Of a DNA stretch of 40,184 nt, positions 31,115 to 39,057 are shown in pieces. Under the pieces are notes generated by a model that was not told where the DNA came from, made no database searches, and was given only the letters and a program-made list of their open reading frames with translations. The position numbers and the translations under genes are program-made. Every line of letters begins with the position of its first letter. Position 1 is the first letter of the stretch. The DNA comes from a bacterium (GTDB lineage: Bacteria; Hinthialibacterota; Hinthialibacteria; Hinthialibacterales; Hinthialibacteraceae): NCBI GenBank assembly GCA_041946805.1, contig JBHGBC010000042.1, forward strand, positions 1 through 40,184. The letters run 5' to 3'.

Positions 31115-31744
31115 TTACTTTTCGTAGTAGAACATTTCCGCCCGGCGGTTGAGCCGCCAAGCCGATTCATCGTGTCCCTCAGCCGCGGGTTTTTCCTCGC
31201 CCCACGACTTGGTGGTGATCCGGTCGCCGGCGATCCCCAATTCCATCATATAGCTTTTGACGGCTTCGGCGCGGCGTTCACCAAGGGCGATGTTGTATTC
31301 GGGCGTACCGCGTTCGTCGCAGTGGCCTTCCAGCAAAACGGTGAATTTGGGATTTTCTTTCAAGAATTGCACGTTTTTCTGGATGGCGGTTTTCCCCTCC
31401 GGTTTCAGGATCGCCTTGTCGTAATCGAAATAAACGACTTTTTCCGGCAAGGGTTTGGGGGTTCCCATTTCGGGTTCCCGGGTGAGATCCGGGGTTTTCG
31501 GAGGTTCGACGGGCGTAGTTGTGGGTTTTTCGACCTGTTTCTCACCGCGTTTGGCGAACTTCCACTTGAAGATATCCGGATGGGTCACCACGGCCATATC
31601 CGCTTTGATATACCGGGTTTGGGGCCAGCAGGACCAAATGCCGGTTTTGCTTTCATCCAGCATGGCGGAACCGGAATTCGTGACGGCCAACAGTCCTAAA
31701 AGACAAATCGCAGAACAAACAATCAGAAATGAGGCGCCTTTCAT
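31115..31744 (-). CDS. pal: Pal/OmpA-family peptidoglycan-binding protein
   Basis: VYFDYDK, EGHCDERGTPEYNIALGERRA, SWGEEKP, NRRAE; AAGGAG RBS. Confidence 0.85.
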   Translation of the reverse strand: MKGASFLIVCSAICLLGLLAVTNSGSAMLDESKTGIWSCWPQTRYIKADMAVVTHPDIFKWKFAKRGEKQVEKPTTTPVEPPKTPDLTREPEMGTPKPLPEKVVYFDYDKAILKPEGKTAIQKNVQFLKENPKFTVLLEGHCDERGTPEYNIALGERRAEAVKSYMMELGIAGDRITTKSWGEEKPAAEGHDESAWRLNRRAEMFYYEK

Positions 31745-31824
31745 GAGCCGTTTCTCCTTGTTTCTCCTTCTGCATGACAGAAGCCAATGTATCCGTTACA
31801 TGATACCGCAATAAGGACACGTCT

Positions 31825-31853
31825 ATTATTCAACTTAATCTACTAGATTTCAA
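31825..31853 (-). promoter_or_regulatory. sigma70-type promoter of the pal-like gene
   Basis: Minus strand TTGAAA-N17-AATAAT. Confidence 0.5.
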
Positions 31854-32428
31854 CCGAATTTCAAGACTTTAAGCACGATTGGCGCGAAATTTATGCGAAC
31901 AACTTTTTCCGACGCCGCGAAGAACTGAATACTTGGGATTAGAAAACCGATCCAGACGATACCAGTATTACAAATGAATTTTCCGTTCAGACTTGTCCCG
32001 GGACTGAGACAAGGGGGGGCTGTAAATCCGCCCCCTCAAGGGACTCAATTTGCCATGGGAGAAAGGCTATATCCCCCAGGTAGGGGCAAAGCCATACATG
32101 AAGGTTTTCTTATCCCTGGGGCTCTCCCCAAAGAGAGAAGGACTGGATTCAGTATTTGCCTGGCGGTGAGAGGGGATGGATGTTTCACCAACCGTAAAAA
32201 ATAACCTTCCGGCCGGATGAATTCGTATTCTGAATCTGAGACGGAACGATCCCAAAATGAAACAGTCTCACGCCGTGAAACGCCGAATTCCGAGTCCGCG
32301 CCAAGTGTAAACGAATCCGCGCGGCCCGGGCCCCCAAAAACGCTTTCTGGCGTAAGTTGCTGAATATAAATAGGTTAAATAAATCAAAAACAACCTGTAT
32401 CCTACAATTTTCCAGCAGTCCGCCAATG

Positions 32429-32443
32429 TGGCACGATCCCTGC
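32429..32443 (+). promoter_or_regulatory. sigma54 (-24/-12) promoter
   Basis: TGGCACGATCCCTGC with exact GG-N10-GC spacing; AT-rich IHF-like sites at 32353-32377. Confidence 0.7.
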
Positions 32444-32454
32444 GAACAAATAGA

Positions 32455-32528
32455 CTAAAGATTTTACATCCCATTCTCCCCATTTCGCTGCCTGCCAACC
32501 TCCCCAAACTTTGGCAGGCATTTTTTTT
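32455..32528 (+). ncRNA. Candidate sigma54-dependent small RNA (~75 nt)
   Basis: Lies between the -24/-12 promoter and an intrinsic terminator; no ATG-initiated ORF inside; two CTCCCCA motifs; opposite strand to both neighbouring genes. Confidence 0.55.
32489..32528 (+). terminator. Strong intrinsic terminator
   Basis: Perfect 10-bp stem TGCCTGCCAA/TTGGCAGGCA, 12-nt loop, T8 tract. Confidence 0.85.
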
Positions 32529-32717
32529 GAGTTTTGGGGAGTCAAGCAAACGCTGGGGAAAATCCAATACAGCCACATCCGTAATGCGGACGGGTACAAA
32601 ACAAAACTCCCTCACTCTGATCCTCTCCCGGGATGGATCTCACAAGAGTGTTCGATGGGATCCGGATCGGATTACTCCTACAAGTCCAAATAAGGGATTC
32701 ACTTGTAAGAAGTTACA

Positions 32718-35630
32718 TTATTTTTGATCCGTCATGACGGTCACGGAGAGCCACTGGTCCCACAATCCCAGCCATTCCGGTGTCCGAAAGTCCGGCGGCG
32801 TGGGATACACGGGATCGCAGAACTCGACCTGGCTTTCCTCATTCCATTGCAGCTCGATCGCCGCTATACCCAGCGCGCGGTCTGCGAAAAAGGGAAAAAA
32901 CTCCATGGAAACCGTGTCCAGGAATTCCGGTTTTGCTTGCCGGATAAATCCCACGATTACTTCGTCGGCGGGATCCAGATCCAGATTCCCACATGCGATG
33001 GTTTGGAGGTAGGTGGTGTATTCGTCCGGCGGCGTATATTCCACGTCATCCAGTTTTGAGAAGCCGGTGACGCGCCCTTCCTCGATCCGGGCGCGCAGAA
33101 TCCGGAATCGGGCGGGAAGGCCCTCGAGCATCCCGGTGCGTTTCATTTCCACGAAGGGCACCGCCAGGATTTCGGGAGTCCCATCGCCGTTTACATCGCC
33201 CACGGCATGATGAATCCCTTCCGCCCGCAAGAGCGGAGCCTCCTCGAACACCGGGTAAGCGGGGGAAACGGCGCGCAGGGTGAAGGCTTCGTTCACCTCG
33301 TCCGGTTCGAACGAAAGAACCTGAATCAGAGGATTCAGATTCAGGTTATGTGTCTGGCCGGTTATCAATTCGTCATATCCATCGCCGTCCAGGTCTCCGG
33401 CACTGAGCGTGACGCCGCCTTCGGGATTGAGTAAGCGGTATTTCGGTTCAAACGCGTCGAATTGTCCCAGCAGTTGAAATCCCTTGGGAGCTTCCTCACC
33501 CGTGTATTCGTACAAGCGGACGATTTGTTTGCCCCCCAATCCCTGGGCGCAGGCAATTTGCTTATGCTCCCGTCCCGGGATGAAGCGGCCCACCGCGGTA
33601 TAGACCTCGCCGAAGGGATTGGCCGCCGCGCCCGGATGTTCACGCGGGAAGGGTGAGAAGGGATGGCCGATGATGGCGCGGGTCTGGCTATCCAAAACAT
33701 ATGCGATTCCCGGAAAAGGGATATCGTGCCGCGTGGGTCCGAACGAGATCACCAGGTCATCCCGGCCGTCTTCATCGATATCCCCGCTGGAGAGGTGAAT
33801 GCCCCGGCCGGGATCGAGCGCGGCCGATTGGATCATGGGGGGATTGACCGCGTAGAACGGCTCATCCCGCCACCCGGGAGCGGATCCCGTGGGAATCGGA
33901 TCGATCCACCCATCGCCGCCCGCGCCTTGCGCCGCGAAAATGGTACCTACCGGGCGGGAGACCGGGACCACCCGGCCCTGGTCGACCGTTAACAACAGCA
34001 GGGGAAATGACAAGGGGTGGGAGATGAATTCACACCGGTCCGTGGGAAAGTCATCGGATTGGTTCACCAGCTCGAGGGCGGGCGAATCCGTGCGGTACGG
34101 CATGCGGAAGAAGCCGCCTTCCACGGAGTGGGACACGCGGCGGCCATCCCAATGCGTTTCCGTGCGGACCTGGTGCGGCGGGCGGTTGAGTTCTAAGAAC
34201 AGGAAGGGAGTCCGGAACCGGGGAATCCGGCCTTGCCGGGCCTTTTGGTTGTTCCAATAGCTCTCGAATCCCGTGTTTAGGATCGGCTTGCCTTCATACA
34301 GGCTGGGCAAGGAAAGAAAGCAGAACCGCTCCCCCTCCGGCCGCACCGCGTCAAGTTGATACAGCTGCTGAACCAGCGAAGCAGCCGTTTCGCCCACCAG
34401 ACGCCATTGGGCCGTGTAGATCTGGATTTGAACCACCGACGCGCACAGCCATCCGCCGGCCAGCAGCGCCACCGGCCATCGCAAAACACGCAGGCTGATG
34501 GCGCGGCCGATCAGCCAACCGGCCGCCAGTACCGTTCCCAGGGAGGGAATATACAAGTAACGGTCGGACAGGGTTGTGTGAAAATCGCTGATTTCGGTCA
34601 GGATGGGCAGCGCGCAAACCACCCACAGGGAGAGAATCCATACTCCAAACACTTTCCCCCGAACCAGGCAATACAGGAAAACCAGAGTGGTGAAGATCCA
34701 CAGCGGCATGCCGTACGTATACGCGAATTCGGGCATGTTTGATCCAATCCAGTCGAGAATACTATCAAAAGGAAGCACCAGCGCGGAAAACAATTTCAAA
34801 CTGGAAAGAAGGTAGATTTCGAGGGAGATGAAATGCTGGATATAACTGGTCTTTCCGATGAGGTAGCCGCCGAGCGCCCAAGTCCGCACCAGGCCGAAAA
34901 GGACAATCAACACCAGCCAATGACCGGCGGCTGCGCGCAGATGAGTGAGGAGCGGCCGGCCTTGTCCGGCAATCCGTCCCCGGATCCAATCCACGAATTC
35001 ATACAACCACAAGACCGCGGGGAGGGTCACCGCCATTTCCTTCGACAGCAGGGCGCACGCGAACGCCGCGCGGGAGATCCACCGCCAGGCAGGGGACTTC
35101 CCCCGCCGCCAAAGACAATACGCCACTAGCGAGGTAAGAAAGAACAGGCCGCACAGGCTGTCCGTCCGGCCGTTGATCATGCACACCGGTTCGGCATGCC
35201 GCGGATGCATGGCGAAAAGATAAGCGGCCCCCCATGCCGCCAGGGGAAGCGAGATCCGGGTGGTGGGACCGGCCAGGAGATAGAACAAGGGCACGATCAG
35301 CAGCGAGGCGGCGATGTGGATCAGGAGCAGATCCAGGTGAAATCCCCAAGCCCGATCGCCCCACAACCACTGGGATTCGACATAGGTCAGAAGGATCTGC
35401 AACGGGCGGTAATACCGGGCCTGGGTGATGTCGGCGTCGTGCCAGAACCAATCTCCGGTGAACGATTGGCCGGCTTTGGACAGCGAGTCGCTGGCTTCGA
35501 GAAAATAGTAATCGTCTCCCACGAAACCGGCGTGCAAGGATCCGCCGTAAACCCAAAAAACGGTCCCCATCAATCCCAGGCCAGCCAGGAGATGAACAGT
35601 GGTCGATTTCGACAGGATTCTTAATGGCAT
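32718..35630 (-). CDS. GT-C-like (TMTC/PMT-type) multi-TM glycosyltransferase fused to a C-terminal FG-GAP domain
   Basis: FVGDDY, YYRPL, FAMHPRHAEPV, GRTDSL, ALLSKEMA, DRYLYIP; later GDIDEDGRDD, GDLDGDGYDE, GDVNGDGTPE; start uncertain (ORF open to 35771). Confidence 0.75.
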   Translation of the reverse strand: MPLRILSKSTTVHLLAGLGLMGTVFWVYGGSLHAGFVGDDYYFLEASDSLSKAGQSFTGDWFWHDADITQARYYRPLQILLTYVESQWLWGDRAWGFHLDLLLIHIAASLLIVPLFYLLAGPTTRISLPLAAWGAAYLFAMHPRHAEPVCMINGRTDSLCGLFFLTSLVAYCLWRRGKSPAWRWISRAAFACALLSKEMAVTLPAVLWLYEFVDWIRGRIAGQGRPLLTHLRAAAGHWLVLIVLFGLVRTWALGGYLIGKTSYIQHFISLEIYLLSSLKLFSALVLPFDSILDWIGSNMPEFAYTYGMPLWIFTTLVFLYCLVRGKVFGVWILSLWVVCALPILTEISDFHTTLSDRYLYIPSLGTVLAAGWLIGRAISLRVLRWPVALLAGGWLCASVVQIQIYTAQWRLVGETAASLVQQLYQLDAVRPEGERFCFLSLPSLYEGKPILNTGFESYWNNQKARQGRIPRFRTPFLFLELNRPPHQVRTETHWDGRRVSHSVEGGFFRMPYRTDSPALELVNQSDDFPTDRCEFISHPLSFPLLLLTVDQGRVVPVSRPVGTIFAAQGAGGDGWIDPIPTGSAPGWRDEPFYAVNPPMIQSAALDPGRGIHLSSGDIDEDGRDDLVISFGPTRHDIPFPGIAYVLDSQTRAIIGHPFSPFPREHPGAAANPFGEVYTAVGRFIPGREHKQIACAQGLGGKQIVRLYEYTGEEAPKGFQLLGQFDAFEPKYRLLNPEGGVTLSAGDLDGDGYDELITGQTHNLNLNPLIQVLSFEPDEVNEAFTLRAVSPAYPVFEEAPLLRAEGIHHAVGDVNGDGTPEILAVPFVEMKRTGMLEGLPARFRILRARIEEGRVTGFSKLDDVEYTPPDEYTTYLQTIACGNLDLDPADEVIVGFIRQAKPEFLDTVSMEFFPFFADRALGIAAIELQWNEESQVEFCDPVYPTPPDFRTPEWLGLWDQWLSVTVMTDQK

Positions 35631-35896
35631 GAAACGTTTCACGAGCCGGCGATCAAAAAACCGGAAACCGTCCGGCGTGGTGACGCCTTGTTTGGTAATT
35701 TCCAGGACGAATATCGATGTTTCCGGGCCAGGTGAACAAGCCGGTCCAGGCCGATCTGTACTGTACGACACCCGGCCGCCCAGGGGAAGGAGCGGGCAGG
35801 GGTTTCAGGGGACTGGGCCCAAATCAACGGCCAGCCCCAAGCGGAAAAAGAAAACCGGAAGCGGAGAATTCGGTTGGACGATCAGGCGGATCCGGC

Positions 35897-35925
35897 TTGA
35901 CGATTAGGAGGAAATCGGCTAAAAA
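35897..35925 (+). promoter_or_regulatory. sigma70 promoter of the tRNA
   Basis: TTGACG-N17-TAAAAT. Confidence 0.7.
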
Positions 35926-35943
35926 TAGGGGAAAAGAGACAGA

Positions 35944-36016
35944 TGGGGAGTGGTCGAATTGGCAAGACGTCTGACTCTGGATCAGAAGGCTGCAGGTTCG
36001 AGCCCTGCCTCCCCAG
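35944..36016 (+). tRNA. tRNA-Gln (anticodon CTG), CCA not encoded
   Basis: Acceptor stem TGGGGAG/CTCCCCA; anticodon arm TCTGA-CTCTGGA-TCAGA; T-arm GCAGG-TTCGAGC-CCTGC. Confidence 0.96.
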
Positions 36017-36112
36017 TATTTGATTTTATTTAATTTACCTTATTATTTCCCGCCTTGTAAAAAAAGCCGCGATACCAATCCGATACCACCAGAGAAAGAA
36101 AACCGGGCGGTT

Positions 36113-36336
36113 TTACCGCTTTTCGGCGAGCCGCATCTCCAGGCCGCCGCCGGGGAGGCGGGCGTTGCAGTACTCGATGATCTCCCGGGCCGCGTGATGG
36201 CAGTACAGCAGCCAGTCGTTGGCCAGGACCCGCAGACCCTTGGTCTTGTATATGATAGACCACGACTGCCGAGCCGGAAAAACGCGTCGGCGACGGACTC
36301 CACACCGTCCGGGGTGTGCTTCCAGATCCAGCAGTA
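36113..36336 (-). pseudogene. Frameshifted fragment of a D12-class DNA adenine methyltransferase
   Basis: Three frames join into WIWKHTPDGVESVADAF / SGSAVVVY / YKTKGLRVLAND..YCHHAAREIIE, matching the DxFxGS SAM-binding motif I region. Confidence 0.6.
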
Positions 36337-36337
36337 C

Positions 36338-36575
36338 TTGCCGCTTAAAGCCCCGTTGCAGGAGCATCTCAGAGGCATCAAAGTGGTTCATGATAAAGAC
36401 TTGGCTGACGGATTGGTCCGCGTTCCGATGCCCATTGCACTCGACCGCAAATATCCAAATGCCTCGAAAGAAAGGCGCTGGCATTGGGTTTTCCCGCAGG
36501 AAAATCGCTGGAGGAACGCGCAGGCCGGCGAAGAGGGGCGGCAAGGGCGTCAAGAGTCCCGTGGGCGATTTGTAG
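36338..36575 (+). pseudogene. intI: Integron integrase remnant (5'-truncated, internally deleted)
   Basis: IntI-specific segment LQEHL..HDKDLADG..VPMPIALDRKYPNASKERRWHWVFP joined out of frame to the IntI C-terminus RGGKGVKSPVGDL*. Confidence 0.85.
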
Positions 36576-36640
36576 AGTTGCGATAGGATTGCAGGCGGGG
36601 TCTTATGCCGCGATTTCGCGGCCCAAAGGTGGTATGAAGA

Positions 36641-36665
36641 AACCATTTAACCATTGGTAGCCCGC
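36641..36665 (+). other. Probable attI / first-cassette crossover site, core reads GGT instead of GTT
   Basis: GGTAGCCCGC (36656-36665) is a 9/10 match to the reverse complement of GCGGGCTAAC at the far end of cassette 1. Confidence 0.55.
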
Positions 36666-36684
36666 CTTAAGCCAGGTGAGATGA

Positions 36685-37284
36685 ATGGTTCAAACACCCA
36701 CCATTAAAGATATTGAAGCAGCGAGGCAATCTTTTGAAGCAAATGAGCCGCGCGATCTTTTCTATCGTGCTGCGACGGAATTGGTATCACTCGCACTGGA
36801 TGGCAAGATATCATTGAGTGTTGCCGAAGCATTGGCTGTGCTCCTTCAAACTTGGAATAAGATGTTCGACCAATACAGAAAATTCGATAGCCAGCATTTC
36901 GCTGCCATAGAGCGGCTCATCAGTGACCACCATTCTTTACTGATTACTTTCAGGCAACGGTTCATAGACAGCTTCAGCCAAGAGGACGAGCGCAAAGTTA
37001 TGCGGGTTTTCAAGGCGTTTGAAGAGGTCCTCGGCCCCGTGGGTGCTGCAAAGTGCTTGCATCTTCTGGCACCGCGGTTCTTCCCTCTTTGGGACCGCGC
37101 CATAGCCGAAGCTTACGGCCTTTCGCCGAGGCAGCGGGGTAGGAACGCCGACAGATACTGTAGTTTTATGAGGATTGTAAAGGGGCAAGTTCAGAGCCTT
37201 GGTGGGGAGCAGACCATCGGTCGAAATCCGTTGAAAGCGATAGACGAGTACAATTACTGCAAGCACACCAAAGGGTGGATATGA
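36685..37284 (+). CDS. Integron cassette 1: hypothetical protein with an HhH-glycosylase-like motif
   Basis: 199 aa, lower GC than the backbone; LGPVGAAKCLHLLAPRFFPLWD; followed by attC. Confidence 0.7.
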   Translation: MVQTPTIKDIEAARQSFEANEPRDLFYRAATELVSLALDGKISLSVAEALAVLLQTWNKMFDQYRKFDSQHFAAIERLISDHHSLLITFRQRFIDSFSQEDERKVMRVFKAFEEVLGPVGAAKCLHLLAPRFFPLWDRAIAEAYGLSPRQRGRNADRYCSFMRIVKGQVQSLGGEQTIGRNPLKAIDEYNYCKHTKGWI

Positions 37285-37302
37285 GGTGGTATTCGTGCAG
37301 CG

Positions 37303-37384
37303 GGCTAACCACTCGCTCCAGCCGACCGCGCCTCCGCTCGCTGCGCTTGCACCGGCGCTGCGGCTTAGCCGCAAATCGTTGGGC
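37303..37384 (+). mobile_element. attC site 1
   Basis: R'' GGCTAAC ... R' GTTGGGC with internal imperfect inverted repeat (CAGCCG/CGGCTT); 82 bp. Confidence 0.8.
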
Positions 37385-37475
37385 GCGCACGCTGCATTGG
37401 TGCAAACCGTGCGAGATTCTCGATTTGGTGGTATACTACTTATGGGGGTTGATGCTTCAGACGAGGAGAGATGTT

Positions 37476-37694
37476 ATGAGTGCAATAACGAAGCCACTCC
37501 AAGAGCTTGTGCAAGAGTTGCCGCCCGACATGCTTTGTGAGGTGCGTGACTTCATCGAGTTCTTGCTGGCCAAGCGAAGTCGTGGTGAAAAGCGGGTATT
37601 ACGGCAGGACTGGGCAGGTGCATTACGTGATTATCGAGAGCAATACACTTCACTTGAGTTACAGCGGCAAGCATTAGCCTGGCGAGGGGATTGA
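37476..37694 (+). CDS. DUF2281-like antitoxin (cassette 2)
   Basis: GAGGAG RBS; LPPDMLCEVRDFIEFL, QDWAGAL; TGATG overlap with the PIN gene; extended -10 TGgTATACT at 37429-37437. Confidence 0.85.
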   Translation: MSAITKPLQELVQELPPDMLCEVRDFIEFLLAKRSRGEKRVLRQDWAGALRDYREQYTSLELQRQALAWRGD

Positions 37695-38104
37695 TGTATC
37701 TGGTGGATACGAATATCTGGCTTGAGCGTCTGCTGGACCAGGAACGGTCTGCCGAGGAGGGTCAGTTTCTGTCGGGGGTGGCCGGCGAACGGTTGTTGAT
37801 GACGGATTTCACATTGCATTCAATAGGGATCATTCTGAGCCGACTGGGTCGGAGGGAAGTATTGTTGCGCTTCGTAGACGATGTGTTTGTGGAAGGGGGA
37901 GTGAGTCTGGTCTCGGTTCAGCCGGAGGTCATGCACCAGGTAGTGGGCGTGATGGAGCGGTTCGGCCTTGACTTCGACGATGCTTATCAGTACGTCGCGG
38001 CAGAACAGGCAGGGGTGGTGATAGTCAGCTATGATGAGGATTTTGACCACACGGTTCGCAAACGGCAAACACCGGTGGAGGTCTTTGGGGGGGATGCTAG
38101 GTAG
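37694..38104 (+). CDS. vapC: PIN-domain (VapC-like) toxin (cassette 2)
   Basis: YLVDTNIWLE, LDFDDAYQY, IVSYDEDFD acidic PIN residues. Confidence 0.9.
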   Translation: MYLVDTNIWLERLLDQERSAEEGQFLSGVAGERLLMTDFTLHSIGIILSRLGRREVLLRFVDDVFVEGGVSLVSVQPEVMHQVVGVMERFGLDFDDAYQYVAAEQAGVVIVSYDEDFDHTVRKRQTPVEVFGGDAR

Positions 38105-38175
38105 CCATGAAAGCATCCCCTTGTCTATTGAAGTAAGGGAGTGATCCATCGTCTCGCGAAGGCAGAGAAGTGCGT

Positions 38176-38305
38176 GCCCAACAAGTCGCTGCAGCGGACG
38201 TGGCTATCGAGGCTCCTATTGATGCCAGTTTTCGTTTGCAGTCATTTCAGTGGTTGTTGAGTGCGTCGTGTCAGCCGCCACGCCGGTTGAGCTTTCGCGT
38301 TACAC
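38176..38305 (+). mobile_element. attC site 2
   Basis: R'' GCCCAAC is the exact complement of GTTGGGC opening this cassette; R' GTTACAC; 130 bp. Confidence 0.8.
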
Positions 38306-38467
38306 AACCTTCCTCCCTTTCTTGTAGCCTGCTTCGAGATCTTCCTTCTTGGCCTTTTCCGCCAGCTCCTCACCGGCGGCCTATTCCAGCGCCTTGTGAT
38401 CGACGCCGGGTTCCAACTCGTGAAGAAGGCCGATCACGTCCTGCTTGGTCATGTTCAGCGAGATGCC
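38300..38467 (-). pseudogene. Short interrupted gene fragment, possibly phage head-morphogenesis/minor capsid-like
   Basis: Minus strand reads GISLNMTKQDVIGLLHELEPGVDHKALE*AAGEELAEKAKKE; family call is from recollection only. Confidence 0.3.
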
Positions 38468-39017
38468 CTCGCCCTTCTACCCCGTCCGGGATGATTCCTC
38501 CGCGCCACAAAGCCTCGGCCCAAACCGGGAAGAAACCCCGAAGGAAAAAGAAAGCAGGAGGTGAAAAGGGCCACTCCGGCCACCAGCGCTCCCAGCCCGA
38601 TCCCCGCGACCGCCGGGATGAACACCGCCTGGACCGCTGCCCCGACTATTGACATTATGCGCTGGGATTGACGTTCACACGCCATGTCAAGCGGCTGCTC
38701 CAGGATGCGTTGCAGTTACCGACGCGCGCCGCCTGGCTCGATGGCTAAATACTGGGATGAATTCATCACGTTTTTGAGCCATCCGGAGGTCACAGTGACC
38801 AACAACCACGGGGAGCGCTGATCCGCAAGATCATGTCCGGCAACCGCAGCGATCAGGGCGCGCTGACCCACGGGGTGTTGATGAGCATATTCCGGACCTT
38901 GAAACGGCGTGGCTACCATCCCATCACGACTCTCGTTTCCGCCCTGCGGGAATACGTCCGTACGGGACATTTGCCGCCTTTCCCACCGGTCATCACTTCA
39001 GAAGAGTGACCTGTTAC
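38466..39017 (+). mobile_element. Collapsed IS66-family transposase remnant with terminal repeat ending GTTAC
   Basis: Pieces PSTPSGM..KGHSG..EHRLDRCP, RHVKRLLQDAL, FITFLSHPEVTVTNNHGER, RKIMSGNRSDQGA..LMSIFRTLKRRG; end GAGTGACCTGTTAC. Confidence 0.75.
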
Positions 39018-39057
39018 CCAGAATCGAGCTCCATGAAAATGCGCAATTGACCATCCG

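Noticed and set aside
31879..31897. TTGGCGCGAAATTTATGC as a second sigma54 promoter
   Set aside because: GG to GC spacing is 12 rather than the required 10
32476..32541. CTCCCCA/TGGGGAG matching the tRNA-Gln acceptor stem as a possible att site
   Set aside because: Only 7 bp, with no T-arm sequence; chance match is likely
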